DNA of 50,595 nt from a virus (taxonomy: Duplodnaviria > Caudoviricetes): positions 1 to 50,595 of the IMG/VR virus record IMGVR_UViG_3300009604_000003; one strand, 5' to 3'. Below are positions 5,670 through 15,450 of this stretch, piece after piece; within the stretch, counting starts at the first letter, position 1, and each line of letters opens with the position of its first letter. The notes beneath the pieces were generated by a model. That model saw nothing but the letters and a program-made list of their open reading frames with translations. It had not been told where the DNA came from and made no database searches. Position numbers and translations under genes: made by a program.

Positions 5670-7905
5670 GACAAACAAGGGTTCTATGTCGGTTAGTGAG
5701 CAAGAAGCCACTAAGCACGGTATGTCTCTGCCTTATATTCCCGGTGCTGAGAAGCCTAGTTGGATAGATCGTAAAGAAGACGTTTGGCTTGATAAAGACC
5801 ATACGCAGATCAACCCCTCCTACTTGATTGAGGAGAGGGATAGGATCATCGATTTTTCTGACAAGCATTTTAATTACTATGGATTCCGCTGGCTCATGGA
5901 GGCGGATATGTTGAAGGGCATCGTAGAGCAGGCCAAGCACTTTGGTATTGACCTGACTACGTTTGCGCCCGAGACGCTTTCTTTGAAAGACATTCAGAAT
6001 TTTGACCAGTTGATAGAAGCGGGCAGTGAGACTCTTGAGATTCTCATTAAGCGCATTGAAGATGGTCATGAGCGGGCTGTCCGCATGTTGGACGAAGCAA
6101 AAAAAAAGCGTTGGGTCGATACGCTCAAGAAAATATCGATGGTAAGGGAATTGTGCAGAGAAAAAGATCACCCAAGTCTCGACGCAAAAAGTCGGGAGGG
6201 TGAGGCTTGGCGCTACATGCATACGCTTAGGTTTGCGTTGTATGTAGGGCGAAGTGACATTACCGGCAAGTTGGACTTCATCCACTTACCAGATCACCTG
6301 ATCCTTACGGATCTTGTGAAAGAGATCGCATACGAATATCGGGAAGACGCTGAGATTCAGGGTGTCATGATTGTCATCCCGCCTCGTCACGGAAAGTCAT
6401 GGTTCATGATTTTCGATGAGTTGCTTGCTATCTGCATGAATCCAGATGAAATTGGGGCGATCATCCATAACTCAGAGGACATGGCTGCCAGTCGTCTGAA
6501 GGTTATTAAAGAACATTTCAACGATCAGTTGCCGCAGGGGAAGCGGCGGCGTGCTTTGTTCCCCGAGATTAAGATGGATTGGAATATCAATAATAGTCAG
6601 ACGATGGTTCTTCAGAACCGGAATGTCATGGCGATGGAAGGGAACTGCAACTCGTACGGTTTGCACGGCAAGCGCCTCGGTGTCACGATTCACCGTCTTA
6701 GAGGTGATGACATCATTGACCAGAAAGAGTGCAGAGAATCGTCAACTAGACAGAGAACCAACGAAACCTTTACGAAGGTGTGGCTGTCTCGATTGACTTC
6801 GAAGAGAGCATTCTTCTTTATCATCGGTACTAGGTGGCATGACGATGACATCCTCGGAAAGATGCTCAGAATGCTTCGTGCCGGTCAGACCAATTTTGCA
6901 TATGTCTCCATCCCTGCTGGCGGGCCAGAGGATGACTTCACTCCTATCTGGCCGGAGGTAGGATACGACACAAGATATCTTGAGCGGTGGTTCTATACCT
7001 TGGGGCCACAGGACTACTCCTGCATTTTCCAGAATGATCCTGACACTGCAACAGCACGTAAAATCACGAAGTTATGGTTCTATGACAAGCGGTGGGTAGA
7101 AAATCCAGACGATGCTCCGCAGCATGTAAGGAACTTCTTAGCACGTGGAACTTATGCCCTATCGGTTGATCCTGCCGGAACAGAGGCTAGGAGATCTAAC
7201 AAGGCTGGAATGACTTATTGTGTGTATGGGCCTATGGAGGTGAAGTTGCCATCAGGCCTCATTGTTGAGCAACAAACTATGTGGTTCTTGCGCAACTGGG
7301 ACTTGTCTGCCAGTCAATACACCATTACAAAGATAATCTCGGACTTCTATAATAGGCAAAGAAGGGCGGATGGAAGGCCAGAGGTGGATCGTATAGTCGT
7401 TGAAACCACCGGGGGTTTCCATGCGACTACTGAGATGCTCATCAATGATCGTGGTATTCCTGATAGCGTGGTCATTAAACGCGCTCCGGGTAAGGGAAAT
7501 AAGATTGATCGGTTCCTCCAATACTCTGCGTTTATTGAGGGAGGCAAGGTCTATTTTCCGGGTACACCATCCAAGGGTATATCGGATGACGAGCAACTTG
7601 TTATGGACAACGATTGGTCTGAAGCGGCCAACCAGATGTTGCGAGCGGGTACTGTTAGTGATTTGAACCTGCTGGACTGTATATCCCAGCAGTTGGCAGA
7701 TGTCGCCTATATCTTCATGGAAGATAATGTCCACGATCATCCCGAACTTCTTGCTAGGGAGAGGGCGCGTCAATCTTCTTATGGCGAGGTTAAGTTGGAG
7801 ATGTACAAGAGGAAGATGGAGGGAGACAAGAGAAAGAAGGACCGAAGGAAGAATGGTTCATCTCTTGGTTATTTACGTCAAATTCAATCGAGGAGATTTG
7901 GGTAA
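5662..7905 (+). CDS. terL: Terminase large subunit with long N-terminal extension
   Basis: VIPPRHGKS Walker A, GDDIID Walker B, IIGTRWHDDD motif, SVDPA RNase H nuclease motif. Confidence 0.9.
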   Translation: MVRTNKGSMSVSEQEATKHGMSLPYIPGAEKPSWIDRKEDVWLDKDHTQINPSYLIEERDRIIDFSDKHFNYYGFRWLMEADMLKGIVEQAKHFGIDLTTFAPETLSLKDIQNFDQLIEAGSETLEILIKRIEDGHERAVRMLDEAKKKRWVDTLKKISMVRELCREKDHPSLDAKSREGEAWRYMHTLRFALYVGRSDITGKLDFIHLPDHLILTDLVKEIAYEYREDAEIQGVMIVIPPRHGKSWFMIFDELLAICMNPDEIGAIIHNSEDMAASRLKVIKEHFNDQLPQGKRRRALFPEIKMDWNINNSQTMVLQNRNVMAMEGNCNSYGLHGKRLGVTIHRLRGDDIIDQKECRESSTRQRTNETFTKVWLSRLTSKRAFFFIIGTRWHDDDILGKMLRMLRAGQTNFAYVSIPAGGPEDDFTPIWPEVGYDTRYLERWFYTLGPQDYSCIFQNDPDTATARKITKLWFYDKRWVENPDDAPQHVRNFLARGTYALSVDPAGTEARRSNKAGMTYCVYGPMEVKLPSGLIVEQQTMWFLRNWDLSASQYTITKIISDFYNRQRRADGRPEVDRIVVETTGGFHATTEMLINDRGIPDSVVIKRAPGKGNKIDRFLQYSAFIEGGKVYFPGTPSKGISDDEQLVMDNDWSEAANQMLRAGTVSDLNLLDCISQQLADVAYIFMEDNVHDHPELLARERARQSSYGEVKLEMYKRKMEGDKRKKDRRKNGSSLGYLRQIQSRRFG

Positions 7906-8273
7906 TGGGCATTACACTTGTAACGGTACTCGTAATGGGCGGGGTCGCTTTGGCAGCCATTGGGATCATGGTATTCCAGTGGAGTGTTGTTAATCGTTTG
8001 GAGGAGAAACTGATTTCCGTAGTAATGGACGTTCACGAGGAAAGCCGCTTCTATCACAATGCTGGCAGGTCAAGTGCCGAACATCAACTAAGCATTGAAA
8101 GATTGAATATAGAAAAGATCCAAGCAGAGGCCGAAAAAGCAAAGGCAGAAGCGGCTAGGATGACAGAAGAGAGATTGACAAAAGAAACATTTATAGGTAC
8201 AGGCCCTCCTAAACACGGAAAACGTGGACACCGTAGAACTGTCGTAGAGGCCGCAGGCGGACCAAATGGCTAA
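7905..8273 (+). CDS. Hypothetical membrane-anchored coiled-coil protein
   Basis: N-terminal hydrophobic helix and AEAEKAKAEAA coil; coupled to terL and portal. Confidence 0.7.
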   Translation: MGITLVTVLVMGGVALAAIGIMVFQWSVVNRLEEKLISVVMDVHEESRFYHNAGRSSAEHQLSIERLNIEKIQAEAEKAKAEAARMTEERLTKETFIGTGPPKHGKRGHRRTVVEAAGGPNG

Positions 8274-10371
8274 ATACTCATCAGCCAAAGAAATCTTAGA
8301 ACGAGTCGATGATTTACGCGAAGAGCATCAGATGCTTCGCGCAGATCTCGCGGTTTATAGCGCGTTGGGCGTGTCATATGCCCATGGCAAGCAGTGGAAG
8401 GGTATGGATTCTTCCAACTTTGGGGATCTTATTATTGATGAATGGGAAGAGAACTACGACTTGCAGACTCGTGAGTTGCGCGTCGTAGACAATAAGGTTG
8501 GCCCCCTGCTCAGGCGGATGCAGGCCGATCTAAACCCCACAAAAATTGAGGCGAAGGTTTCAACACCTCGCCACTTGTGGGGTTTGAAGGAGAATCAACT
8601 AGCCAATACATGCGAGAAATTGTTATTGGGTATTGAAGAAGATGCCCAATTCACGAAGGCGGCGGCCCATGCTAGTTTCATGCGGTGTATTGAAGGTAGC
8701 CATTTGATGGTTATCGAGTTGTCACAGAAGAAAAAGTCTATCAGGAAGGAGGTGATCAAGAATAAGGACGGGTCGCCGGTTGAGGTAAACGATAGATGGC
8801 TTAGGTGGACAACGGCTCCACTTACTGACTTGGTTTGGGATCCCTCTAATATCCACCCAGATCTAACCCAGCACACTGTTCTGATGCTTGATCAGGTCAA
8901 AACGATCAAGCGCTTTGAGGAGATGTTTGGTCCCATTGAAAAATATGGGGTTAAAGAAGAAGATCTTCCGACCCTTGATGAGATTGCTCCGTATTACTCA
9001 CAAGCCGCTGATATAACCGGAACATCTCTTCACATCGCCTATAACGCCTATCGCAAAGAGAAGGCGGTTAAGGTCATCACTCTCCTTGAGCGTGATCCAA
9101 GAGATCCCACCATTTGGCCTACTTGCTACTTCATTCTTGATACCTCTTCTAGAGAAACCAAGAGTCGTGGCAAGGTTTTGAATATGGATAATCCAAAGAG
9201 TCCCTTTGGGCACCATGGTCGCAACATATTCAAATTGGACTGCTTTAAGAGATCGGATTCTGTGTCGGGTGCAGGCGCGCCACATGTAATGATGACAACG
9301 CAGGATCTGATCAACATGCTGCGATCAATCCAGATGCAAGCGGTGTCAGCGCAGGTTCATGGGCAGTGGCTTGTAGATAAGCAGACTGTTGATCCAGATG
9401 AATTCATGAATAAACTGAACTCCGGTATAGGCTCGGTACTTCAGTACGACAGTCGTGGCCCGGAGAATCGGAAGCCACCGCAGTTGGTATCAATGGGGAA
9501 TGTTGACAACAACCTTCTCCTTATTGCCAATGATCTATCCAACGGTCTTAGAGATCAGATCCACTTGAGTGGTGCGAACTTGGGTATCGGTAAGACTCAC
9601 ATGCCACAGCAATATGCGTTGCGCCTCTTGGAAGAAGCGGGGGCGGTTAAGGATCAGTTGATCACTGCTGATGTGAATACATACGGTGATATGCTAAAGG
9701 TAACGCTTGGAACCATTAGAGATATCATGGATACGCCGAACAGAATGCTCAAAAGGCTTATCGATGTTCATGGGTTTACAAAGGAAGATCTGGTTGGTTT
9801 TAAGAAGTTGGATGCAAAACTGATCAGATTTAATATTTTTGCACGAGAAAAATCAATAATTAGTAGGAGTGTTGCGGAGAGGCAGCAGCAACTAACCGAG
9901 GCACTTCAAGCGCAAACCATTACGCCACAGGAGTATTGGATTGGCATGGCAACCGACATCAAACAGCCGATTCTTAACTCTCATGACGACATAATCAACT
10001 GGTGTAATCGCGCAGTAGAGCAAATAGTTAACGGTGAGGAGTGGCAGGGAGTGAGTTCAATCGATGCTTCTGTCTTCAAATACTGCATAAATACGGCTGT
10101 TACTGGCCTAGATTACACGATTCCCGAAGATAAAGAGATTATCGAGCGGCTTAATAGAGCGGTTCTAATTCAGTTCACGGTATCCGCTGAAGCAGCGATG
10201 GCTGAACAGCAGATACTCCAATCGGCCATGCCTCAGCAGCCGGGACCAGAGCCGCAGGGCATGCCAGAGGGTACTCCGGGTATGAGTATAGGGCAGGCAC
10301 CGGAATCAATTAACCCACAAACCAATCCAGTAGGAGCCGCAGGTGGATTACCACTTGGACTTTCTGCATAA
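8266..10371 (+). CDS. Portal protein (probable)
   Basis: 701 aa, between terL and scaffold/MCP; YAHGKQW and VVDNKVGP N-terminal pattern of P22-like portals; Q/P-rich tail. Confidence 0.75.
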   Translation: MAKYSSAKEILERVDDLREEHQMLRADLAVYSALGVSYAHGKQWKGMDSSNFGDLIIDEWEENYDLQTRELRVVDNKVGPLLRRMQADLNPTKIEAKVSTPRHLWGLKENQLANTCEKLLLGIEEDAQFTKAAAHASFMRCIEGSHLMVIELSQKKKSIRKEVIKNKDGSPVEVNDRWLRWTTAPLTDLVWDPSNIHPDLTQHTVLMLDQVKTIKRFEEMFGPIEKYGVKEEDLPTLDEIAPYYSQAADITGTSLHIAYNAYRKEKAVKVITLLERDPRDPTIWPTCYFILDTSSRETKSRGKVLNMDNPKSPFGHHGRNIFKLDCFKRSDSVSGAGAPHVMMTTQDLINMLRSIQMQAVSAQVHGQWLVDKQTVDPDEFMNKLNSGIGSVLQYDSRGPENRKPPQLVSMGNVDNNLLLIANDLSNGLRDQIHLSGANLGIGKTHMPQQYALRLLEEAGAVKDQLITADVNTYGDMLKVTLGTIRDIMDTPNRMLKRLIDVHGFTKEDLVGFKKLDAKLIRFNIFAREKSIISRSVAERQQQLTEALQAQTITPQEYWIGMATDIKQPILNSHDDIINWCNRAVEQIVNGEEWQGVSSIDASVFKYCINTAVTGLDYTIPEDKEIIERLNRAVLIQFTVSAEAAMAEQQILQSAMPQQPGPEPQGMPEGTPGMSIGQAPESINPQTNPVGAAGGLPLGLSA

Positions 10372-10393
10372 AAAATAGGGAAGGATCACTATA

Positions 10394-11368
10394 ATGAATC
10401 TCATGCTTAATACGCGATTACTGTCTTCAGATGCCCCTGACGGCGGAGGTGCCCCGGAATCCCCGGCCCCACTTCCTGCCCCAGCCGTATCAGAAGCAAC
10501 TACTGTTCCAGCCCCAGCATCCGCTCCGGCTCCAACAGAAGGTAATACTGTTTCACGCGATCAATATGATACTTTGGTCGAGAAGTACAATCGTGCCGAA
10601 GGGCGCGCTAAGACTTCGCAACGGCTTGCATCCACGGCGCAGCAATATGGTTTTGCTGATGCTGATGATCTTGCTAGACGATTGCCAAGTCTATTGAACC
10701 AACCGGTTCAACAGCAACCGCAACCGCAGCAGCCAGAGAATCCGGGCTATTACTATGGTCAATACTCCCAACAGGAGACAAGGCCAAGTAATTATTCGGA
10801 TCAGATCACTCCTTCAATGATTGATGAGCGCATCAATTCTCGTCTCGAATTTCAGACCTCTATCAACGATCACAATCTTGGTAGGGAATCTGAGAATCAG
10901 ATGATTGCGCGAATGATCACCGAATCCCCCGAGTTCAAAGATGCTTTTAGCGATTTGGATGCGGGAGACTACGGGAGTGTTTTCAACGCTGCTTATTCTG
11001 GTGGGGGTTCAGCGGCATCAGAGATCATTGCCTCTGCAATCGACAACGCCATTTATGGCGCTGCCGAAAAATATGGAGATAATCATCCGTCCCACTTACA
11101 TGGTCGGCCAATTCCCATTAAGGATCCAGTCGTTATCGATAAGGTTAAGGATCGCGTGATCGAAGGAATTAAGGAATTGGCAGCGATGACGGTCTTCGCT
11201 GCTTCCAAAGAAGGTTTGGTTGATTCGGTTATGACAGACAACTCTGTTTCTCCGGGCACTGATGTAGATTGGTTCGAAGCGAAAGATAAACGAGCCAAAG
11301 AAATCGCAGCATTTGCCCAGAAGAATTTTGAGAAGATGGCGAACGCCGGTCAGCCACAATCAAGTTAA
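10394..11368 (+). CDS. Capsid scaffolding protein (probable)
   Basis: P/A-rich disordered N-terminus, helical/Q-rich body, directly upstream of the MCP. Confidence 0.6.
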   Translation: MNLMLNTRLLSSDAPDGGGAPESPAPLPAPAVSEATTVPAPASAPAPTEGNTVSRDQYDTLVEKYNRAEGRAKTSQRLASTAQQYGFADADDLARRLPSLLNQPVQQQPQPQQPENPGYYYGQYSQQETRPSNYSDQITPSMIDERINSRLEFQTSINDHNLGRESENQMIARMITESPEFKDAFSDLDAGDYGSVFNAAYSGGGSAASEIIASAIDNAIYGAAEKYGDNHPSHLHGRPIPIKDPVVIDKVKDRVIEGIKELAAMTVFAASKEGLVDSVMTDNSVSPGTDVDWFEAKDKRAKEIAAFAQKNFEKMANAGQPQSS

Positions 11369-11379
11369 GGACATAAGAC

Positions 11380-12915
11380 ATGGCTGTTTCTGACAATGTT
11401 ATTGCTTATTTAACGTCGTGGTCTGATGCCTTCGAACAGTTTTACCGTCCCGGTGTTGGTGACTATCTCAAGCGTTTTGGTAAAACCACGCGCGCGATCT
11501 CTAAGAATCCTAAGAGGCGCGTGATTGGTGGATCCATGGAAGTCACAATGAAGACTCGTAAGAACCGATCCGCACGGCTCACAACGGACCTGATGGCCCC
11601 GCCACCAGATGCCGGACCCGGTGCGTACACGACTTACAAAGTCCGATTTGATCATACGACCCCCGCGTCGAATGACTTCTCCGCGCTTCAGATTGGTTTC
11701 CAGACCTCATGGTACGACATCAAGAAGAAGGCTGATAACACGTTTAAGGATTCTGCTGGAGACTTCATCCGGCAGGATATCGAAGATGGTTTAGAAGATG
11801 TCGCAGAAGAATTTGCAGGTTCGTTCCATTACCCCGCAAATGCAAAACTTGCAACCATTACTGGTGCCGCAGATCTTGTTAAACTTAATGACTCGGATCT
11901 ATTTGATAGTGCTTCGGCCTTTACGGGCACTGTCGCTGAGTGTCTCGTTAAGGTTGACAAGAGTGCAATGGCACATCTTGGTGATGGTGATCTAGTTGAT
12001 ATTTACAATGCAACAGAAGGCGACAACATGGAACTTCGTGCTTGTCGCATTATCAACGTAAATGCCGTTGACTATACTTTAGTTCTCTCAATTGAAACTG
12101 GCACAACGCTACTTGACGGTGGCGGTGCTGCTGCTAACTTCACTTCTTTTGAAGCCAAGGTGAATGATGATAACGATGTTATGCATCTTTACCACAGTGG
12201 CTCATTTGAAGAGGATGGCAGTCCAGATTCAGGCGCGACAATCAAGGGTTGTTTGAATAACTTCTTCGACCCATCAACTGATTGGTTTAACATCGCTACG
12301 GCTAACCGCCTTAATGCTACATATCGAACACTTAATCCTGTTCGTATCGATGCATCGGCGGGTGGCAGTGATGTCCAGTTGACGGGAGATCACTTCCGTC
12401 AGGCTGGTGAGGCTGTAGGTTGGGCAAACGGCTCTTATCTTGACACCGATTCACGAATGATCGTTATGAACCGCGATCAGTATCGTGCGGTTAACCTGCT
12501 TCAGGCAGATTCAGGCATGACTGTTTTGCCTGCTCTTCAGTCTGATGTTGGTAACAAGATGAATAAGGCGTTTGGATTTGATGGTTGGACTCTTCATGAT
12601 CCGACTCTTGGTTCTGTTCTTCTTACAGTGGATGATATGGCCGCTTACGGTGTGATCGACTTCCTCGATATTCCCTCTTGGGAATACGTTGAGCCGTTCC
12701 CCGGCGGTGCATCCTTTGACTTCCTCCCCGGACAGATGGCTAAGATCTGGCATCGGACGCACTATAACAGTGCTTCTACGGCCCAGAACTACAACGCCAA
12801 GTACGATGGTCGTCCAAGTAAGGAGTTCGAGGCTCAGGGCGAACAACTTTACGCATGGATCAATACTGCTCCTAAGCGTAATGTTCGGATTATGGGACTT
12901 GATTCGACTCTGTAA
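11380..12915 (+). CDS. Major capsid protein (probable)
   Basis: 511 aa after the scaffold, AAGGA SD, followed by a terminator-like hairpin; APKRNVRI C-terminal strand resembles HK97-fold MCPs. Confidence 0.7.
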   Translation: MAVSDNVIAYLTSWSDAFEQFYRPGVGDYLKRFGKTTRAISKNPKRRVIGGSMEVTMKTRKNRSARLTTDLMAPPPDAGPGAYTTYKVRFDHTTPASNDFSALQIGFQTSWYDIKKKADNTFKDSAGDFIRQDIEDGLEDVAEEFAGSFHYPANAKLATITGAADLVKLNDSDLFDSASAFTGTVAECLVKVDKSAMAHLGDGDLVDIYNATEGDNMELRACRIINVNAVDYTLVLSIETGTTLLDGGGAAANFTSFEAKVNDDNDVMHLYHSGSFEEDGSPDSGATIKGCLNNFFDPSTDWFNIATANRLNATYRTLNPVRIDASAGGSDVQLTGDHFRQAGEAVGWANGSYLDTDSRMIVMNRDQYRAVNLLQADSGMTVLPALQSDVGNKMNKAFGFDGWTLHDPTLGSVLLTVDDMAAYGVIDFLDIPSWEYVEPFPGGASFDFLPGQMAKIWHRTHYNSASTAQNYNAKYDGRPSKEFEAQGEQLYAWINTAPKRNVRIMGLDSTL

Positions 12916-12946
12916 TTCAGATCATTCTCCTCCTTTCCCAGATAGT

Positions 12947-12984
12947 GGGGGGGTAGGCCGAAAGGCCGCCCCCCCTCATCTTTT
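12947..12984 (+). terminator. Intrinsic terminator-like hairpin after MCP
   Basis: GGGGGGGTAGGCC-GAAA-GGCCGCCCCCCC then TCATCTTTT. Confidence 0.65.
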
Positions 12985-13149
12985 ATGGAAGATATTAGAA
13001 CTAGAGACACTCTCGTGGAAATGGCTAAAGCCTTCGGTATATCCGAAGAGTTGCTAAAGCACTTGTCAGTAACATCTCTTAGGCGGATAATAGAATATGA
13101 AACGGAGGTAAAGGATGGGAATAGCAAAGTACAGACATCTACTGACTGA
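12985..13149 (+). CDS. Small hypothetical protein (54 aa), not in the ORF track
   Basis: MEDIRTRDTLVEMAKAFGISEELLKHLSVTSLRRIIEYE...; fills the gap on the coding strand. Confidence 0.5.
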   Translation: MEDIRTRDTLVEMAKAFGISEELLKHLSVTSLRRIIEYETEVKDGNSKVQTSTD

Positions 13150-13585
13150 ATTGGATCGCGCTCCGTATGGCGGGGGAATGGGTGCAGAGGCATTTGATCG
13201 AGAGTTGTTTTCTCGAATAGGATGTAACATTGCTTGGCACCGTACTCGTCGGTGTTATGTTGTTTATAAACATGTAGGGAATAACATTAAGACCTATATG
13301 GATATAGTTCCAGAGAGACACTTTCCTCTCGTCTCTACTCTTATTCCATTGGTCATGAGTACAATTAAAGCAGCCAATGCTTATATGAGTGAGGATCCTA
13401 GTCGGGCTATTCTTGAGTATTTCTCTCGTGCTAAGGTAGAAAGGAAAAGGGATATCAAGGATTATGTTGATGAACGATTCCCTGACTTTAGGCGATATGC
13501 TGAGTGGTCTTGGAACAAACTTAATTCGCCACATTCAAGATCTATTACCAAGCCAAACATGAAAACCGCTTATAATCTTCAGTGA
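13115..13585 (+). CDS. Hypothetical protein
   Basis: 156-aa ORF with GGAGG SD. Confidence 0.7.
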   Translation: MGIAKYRHLLTELDRAPYGGGMGAEAFDRELFSRIGCNIAWHRTRRCYVVYKHVGNNIKTYMDIVPERHFPLVSTLIPLVMSTIKAANAYMSEDPSRAILEYFSRAKVERKRDIKDYVDERFPDFRRYAEWSWNKLNSPHSRSITKPNMKTAYNLQ

Positions 13586-13596
13586 TCCTCCCCTAA

Positions 13597-13664
13597 CTAC
13601 TGTAAGTGAGCGCTCACTTGCAGTAGATCAATCGGGGCTTCGGCCCCGGCTTAACGCCGATTGA
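13597..13664 (+). promoter_or_regulatory. Palindrome plus putative three-way-junction RNA leader
   Basis: CTACTGTAAGTGAGC/GCTCACTTGCAGTAG; then TCAATC-[GGGGC-TTCG-GCCCC]-[GGC-TTAAC-GCC]-GATTGA abutting the SD. Confidence 0.55.
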
Positions 13665-13677
13665 AAGGAAAAACCAA

Positions 13678-14187
13678 ATGGCGCGAAAAAACACTGCCCC
13701 TAAGAATTCTCCGTACAAAATTGACGCTATTAACTACACCACCGCTGACGTGCTGAGTGATACTACTGGTCAAGGTGGAAGCCCTCGAAACCTCACAAGC
13801 ATTTGGGAAAAATTGAACTCAATGTGCTTTGATGTTGAGTGGACGATTGGCGCTGAGTCCGGAAATGCCATCATTGTTACTGCCCAACTCTTGGATCTCA
13901 AGCGTCGAAACCTTGGTCGATATGCGTCTGGAATTTTCAGTCTTCACTCCTCAGATGCAGCAGGTGCTTCGTATGGTGCAATTGATACTGCAACTGAAGG
14001 GCTAACTCTCTCAACGGGAGAGTGGATGCACGAAGAACTTACGGACTCGCTGGCACTTGTACAAACAAACTCAGACGGCAAGATAGTCTTCAGTATTAGC
14101 GAAACTACTGGTGCGGATCACTTTAAGTGCATCCTGCATATTGGTGATCGAGTTTTCCTGAGTCCGCTTATTGCCTTCGCAGCATAA
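13678..14187 (+). CDS. Virion structural/decoration protein, Ig-like (probable)
   Basis: Beta-rich; IIVTAQLLD and QTNSDGKIVFSI resemble Big-1 Ig-like domains. Confidence 0.5.
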   Translation: MARKNTAPKNSPYKIDAINYTTADVLSDTTGQGGSPRNLTSIWEKLNSMCFDVEWTIGAESGNAIIVTAQLLDLKRRNLGRYASGIFSLHSSDAAGASYGAIDTATEGLTLSTGEWMHEELTDSLALVQTNSDGKIVFSISETTGADHFKCILHIGDRVFLSPLIAFAA

Positions 14188-14205
14188 TCTAAGGAGTCTT
14201 AGATA

Positions 14206-15450
14206 ATGGCTGTCTTCGTCTATGGCGCACCTCCGGTTTTTACGGGCAAAGTCTCGACAGACTCTTGGTTTCCTGTCAGGCTTGTGGATGCTACCGATCT
14301 AAAGACAGGTGAAGCAAGTATTGCCTATGGCGATCTCACGGTTAAATACAAAATAGCCGGAACTGCTAGTGCTGCCACATATTCAATCGCTTCTGCTGAT
14401 TGGGTAGAACACGCAGATGGTCACTATTCCATGCGTATTGGAGCAGCCGAGTTTACTGCCGCTGGTAACTATTCTGTTTGGATAGACGCTACCGCAACAG
14501 CGGCGACAAGTTTCTCGGTTCAAGTATTTGCTGCAACTATAGATGATCTTGTCCGCTCGACTACACCAGCCAATGCATTAACGGTTGTGAGTGGGCGGGT
14601 AGATGTAGGTAAGTGGCTTGGCACGGCAGTTACGGTAAATGCTACTACCAGTAAGCCTGATGTGGATGTGTTTGGTATTAGTAGTGATGCGACAGCCGCA
14701 GATAACTTGGAGTTGATTACTGAGCAGTCGCGTGGTGTTGATATAGCCGAATGGAATGGTACGGCAGTCACACTCACTGGAGGTCTGCCAGATATCAATG
14801 TCAAGTCTATTAGTGGCGATTCGGCAGCAGCCGATACTCTCGAATCCATCATAGATGGGGGTGCCAATATCGGTGCTAATATATTGGCTGTTAGTGATGA
14901 TGCAACCGCAGCCTCAAATCTGGAACTCATAATTGAAGGCACCAATCTCCTCTCTGTCGATGCGATTAAGATTAGCGGGGATACGACAGCAGCAGATAAC
15001 CTTGAGTTGTTTACTGAAACACTATCTTCCGGCAAGTTGGCGGCAGGTTCTCTTTCTGACGATACGATTACAGCAGCATCTATTGCTACAAATGCCATTG
15101 CCGCTGATGGGTTAGCCACGGATGCTGTTGCAGAGATCGCTGATCAGGTTTGGGATGAAGCAACATCAGGCCATACTACAAGCGGCACCTTTGGCGAACA
15201 GTTGAAGACAGATGTAGATGCTATTCTTGCGGATACCGGAACTGATGGGGTACAGATTGACCTTACCCAAAACTTGCTAGAAACACATAGCGGTCTTCAG
15301 GTGGGTAAGGCTTTGTATCTGGCTCTTGCTCACTTCGGTCACAAGTGGACTACATCTGGTGGAAATAGCAAGGTATACAAGGCTGATAGCGCTACTCTAT
15401 TCCAGACAAGAGTTATTACTAGTACCACGGAAATACAGAAGGGTTCGTAA
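14206..15450 (+). CDS. Virion fibre/structural protein with internal repeats
   Basis: A/T/D-rich; four ISxDxxAAxNLE repeats; IADQVWDE motif. Confidence 0.6.
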   Translation: MAVFVYGAPPVFTGKVSTDSWFPVRLVDATDLKTGEASIAYGDLTVKYKIAGTASAATYSIASADWVEHADGHYSMRIGAAEFTAAGNYSVWIDATATAATSFSVQVFAATIDDLVRSTTPANALTVVSGRVDVGKWLGTAVTVNATTSKPDVDVFGISSDATAADNLELITEQSRGVDIAEWNGTAVTLTGGLPDINVKSISGDSAAADTLESIIDGGANIGANILAVSDDATAASNLELIIEGTNLLSVDAIKISGDTTAADNLELFTETLSSGKLAAGSLSDDTITAASIATNAIAADGLATDAVAEIADQVWDEATSGHTTSGTFGEQLKTDVDAILADTGTDGVQIDLTQNLLETHSGLQVGKALYLALAHFGHKWTTSGGNSKVYKADSATLFQTRVITSTTEIQKGS

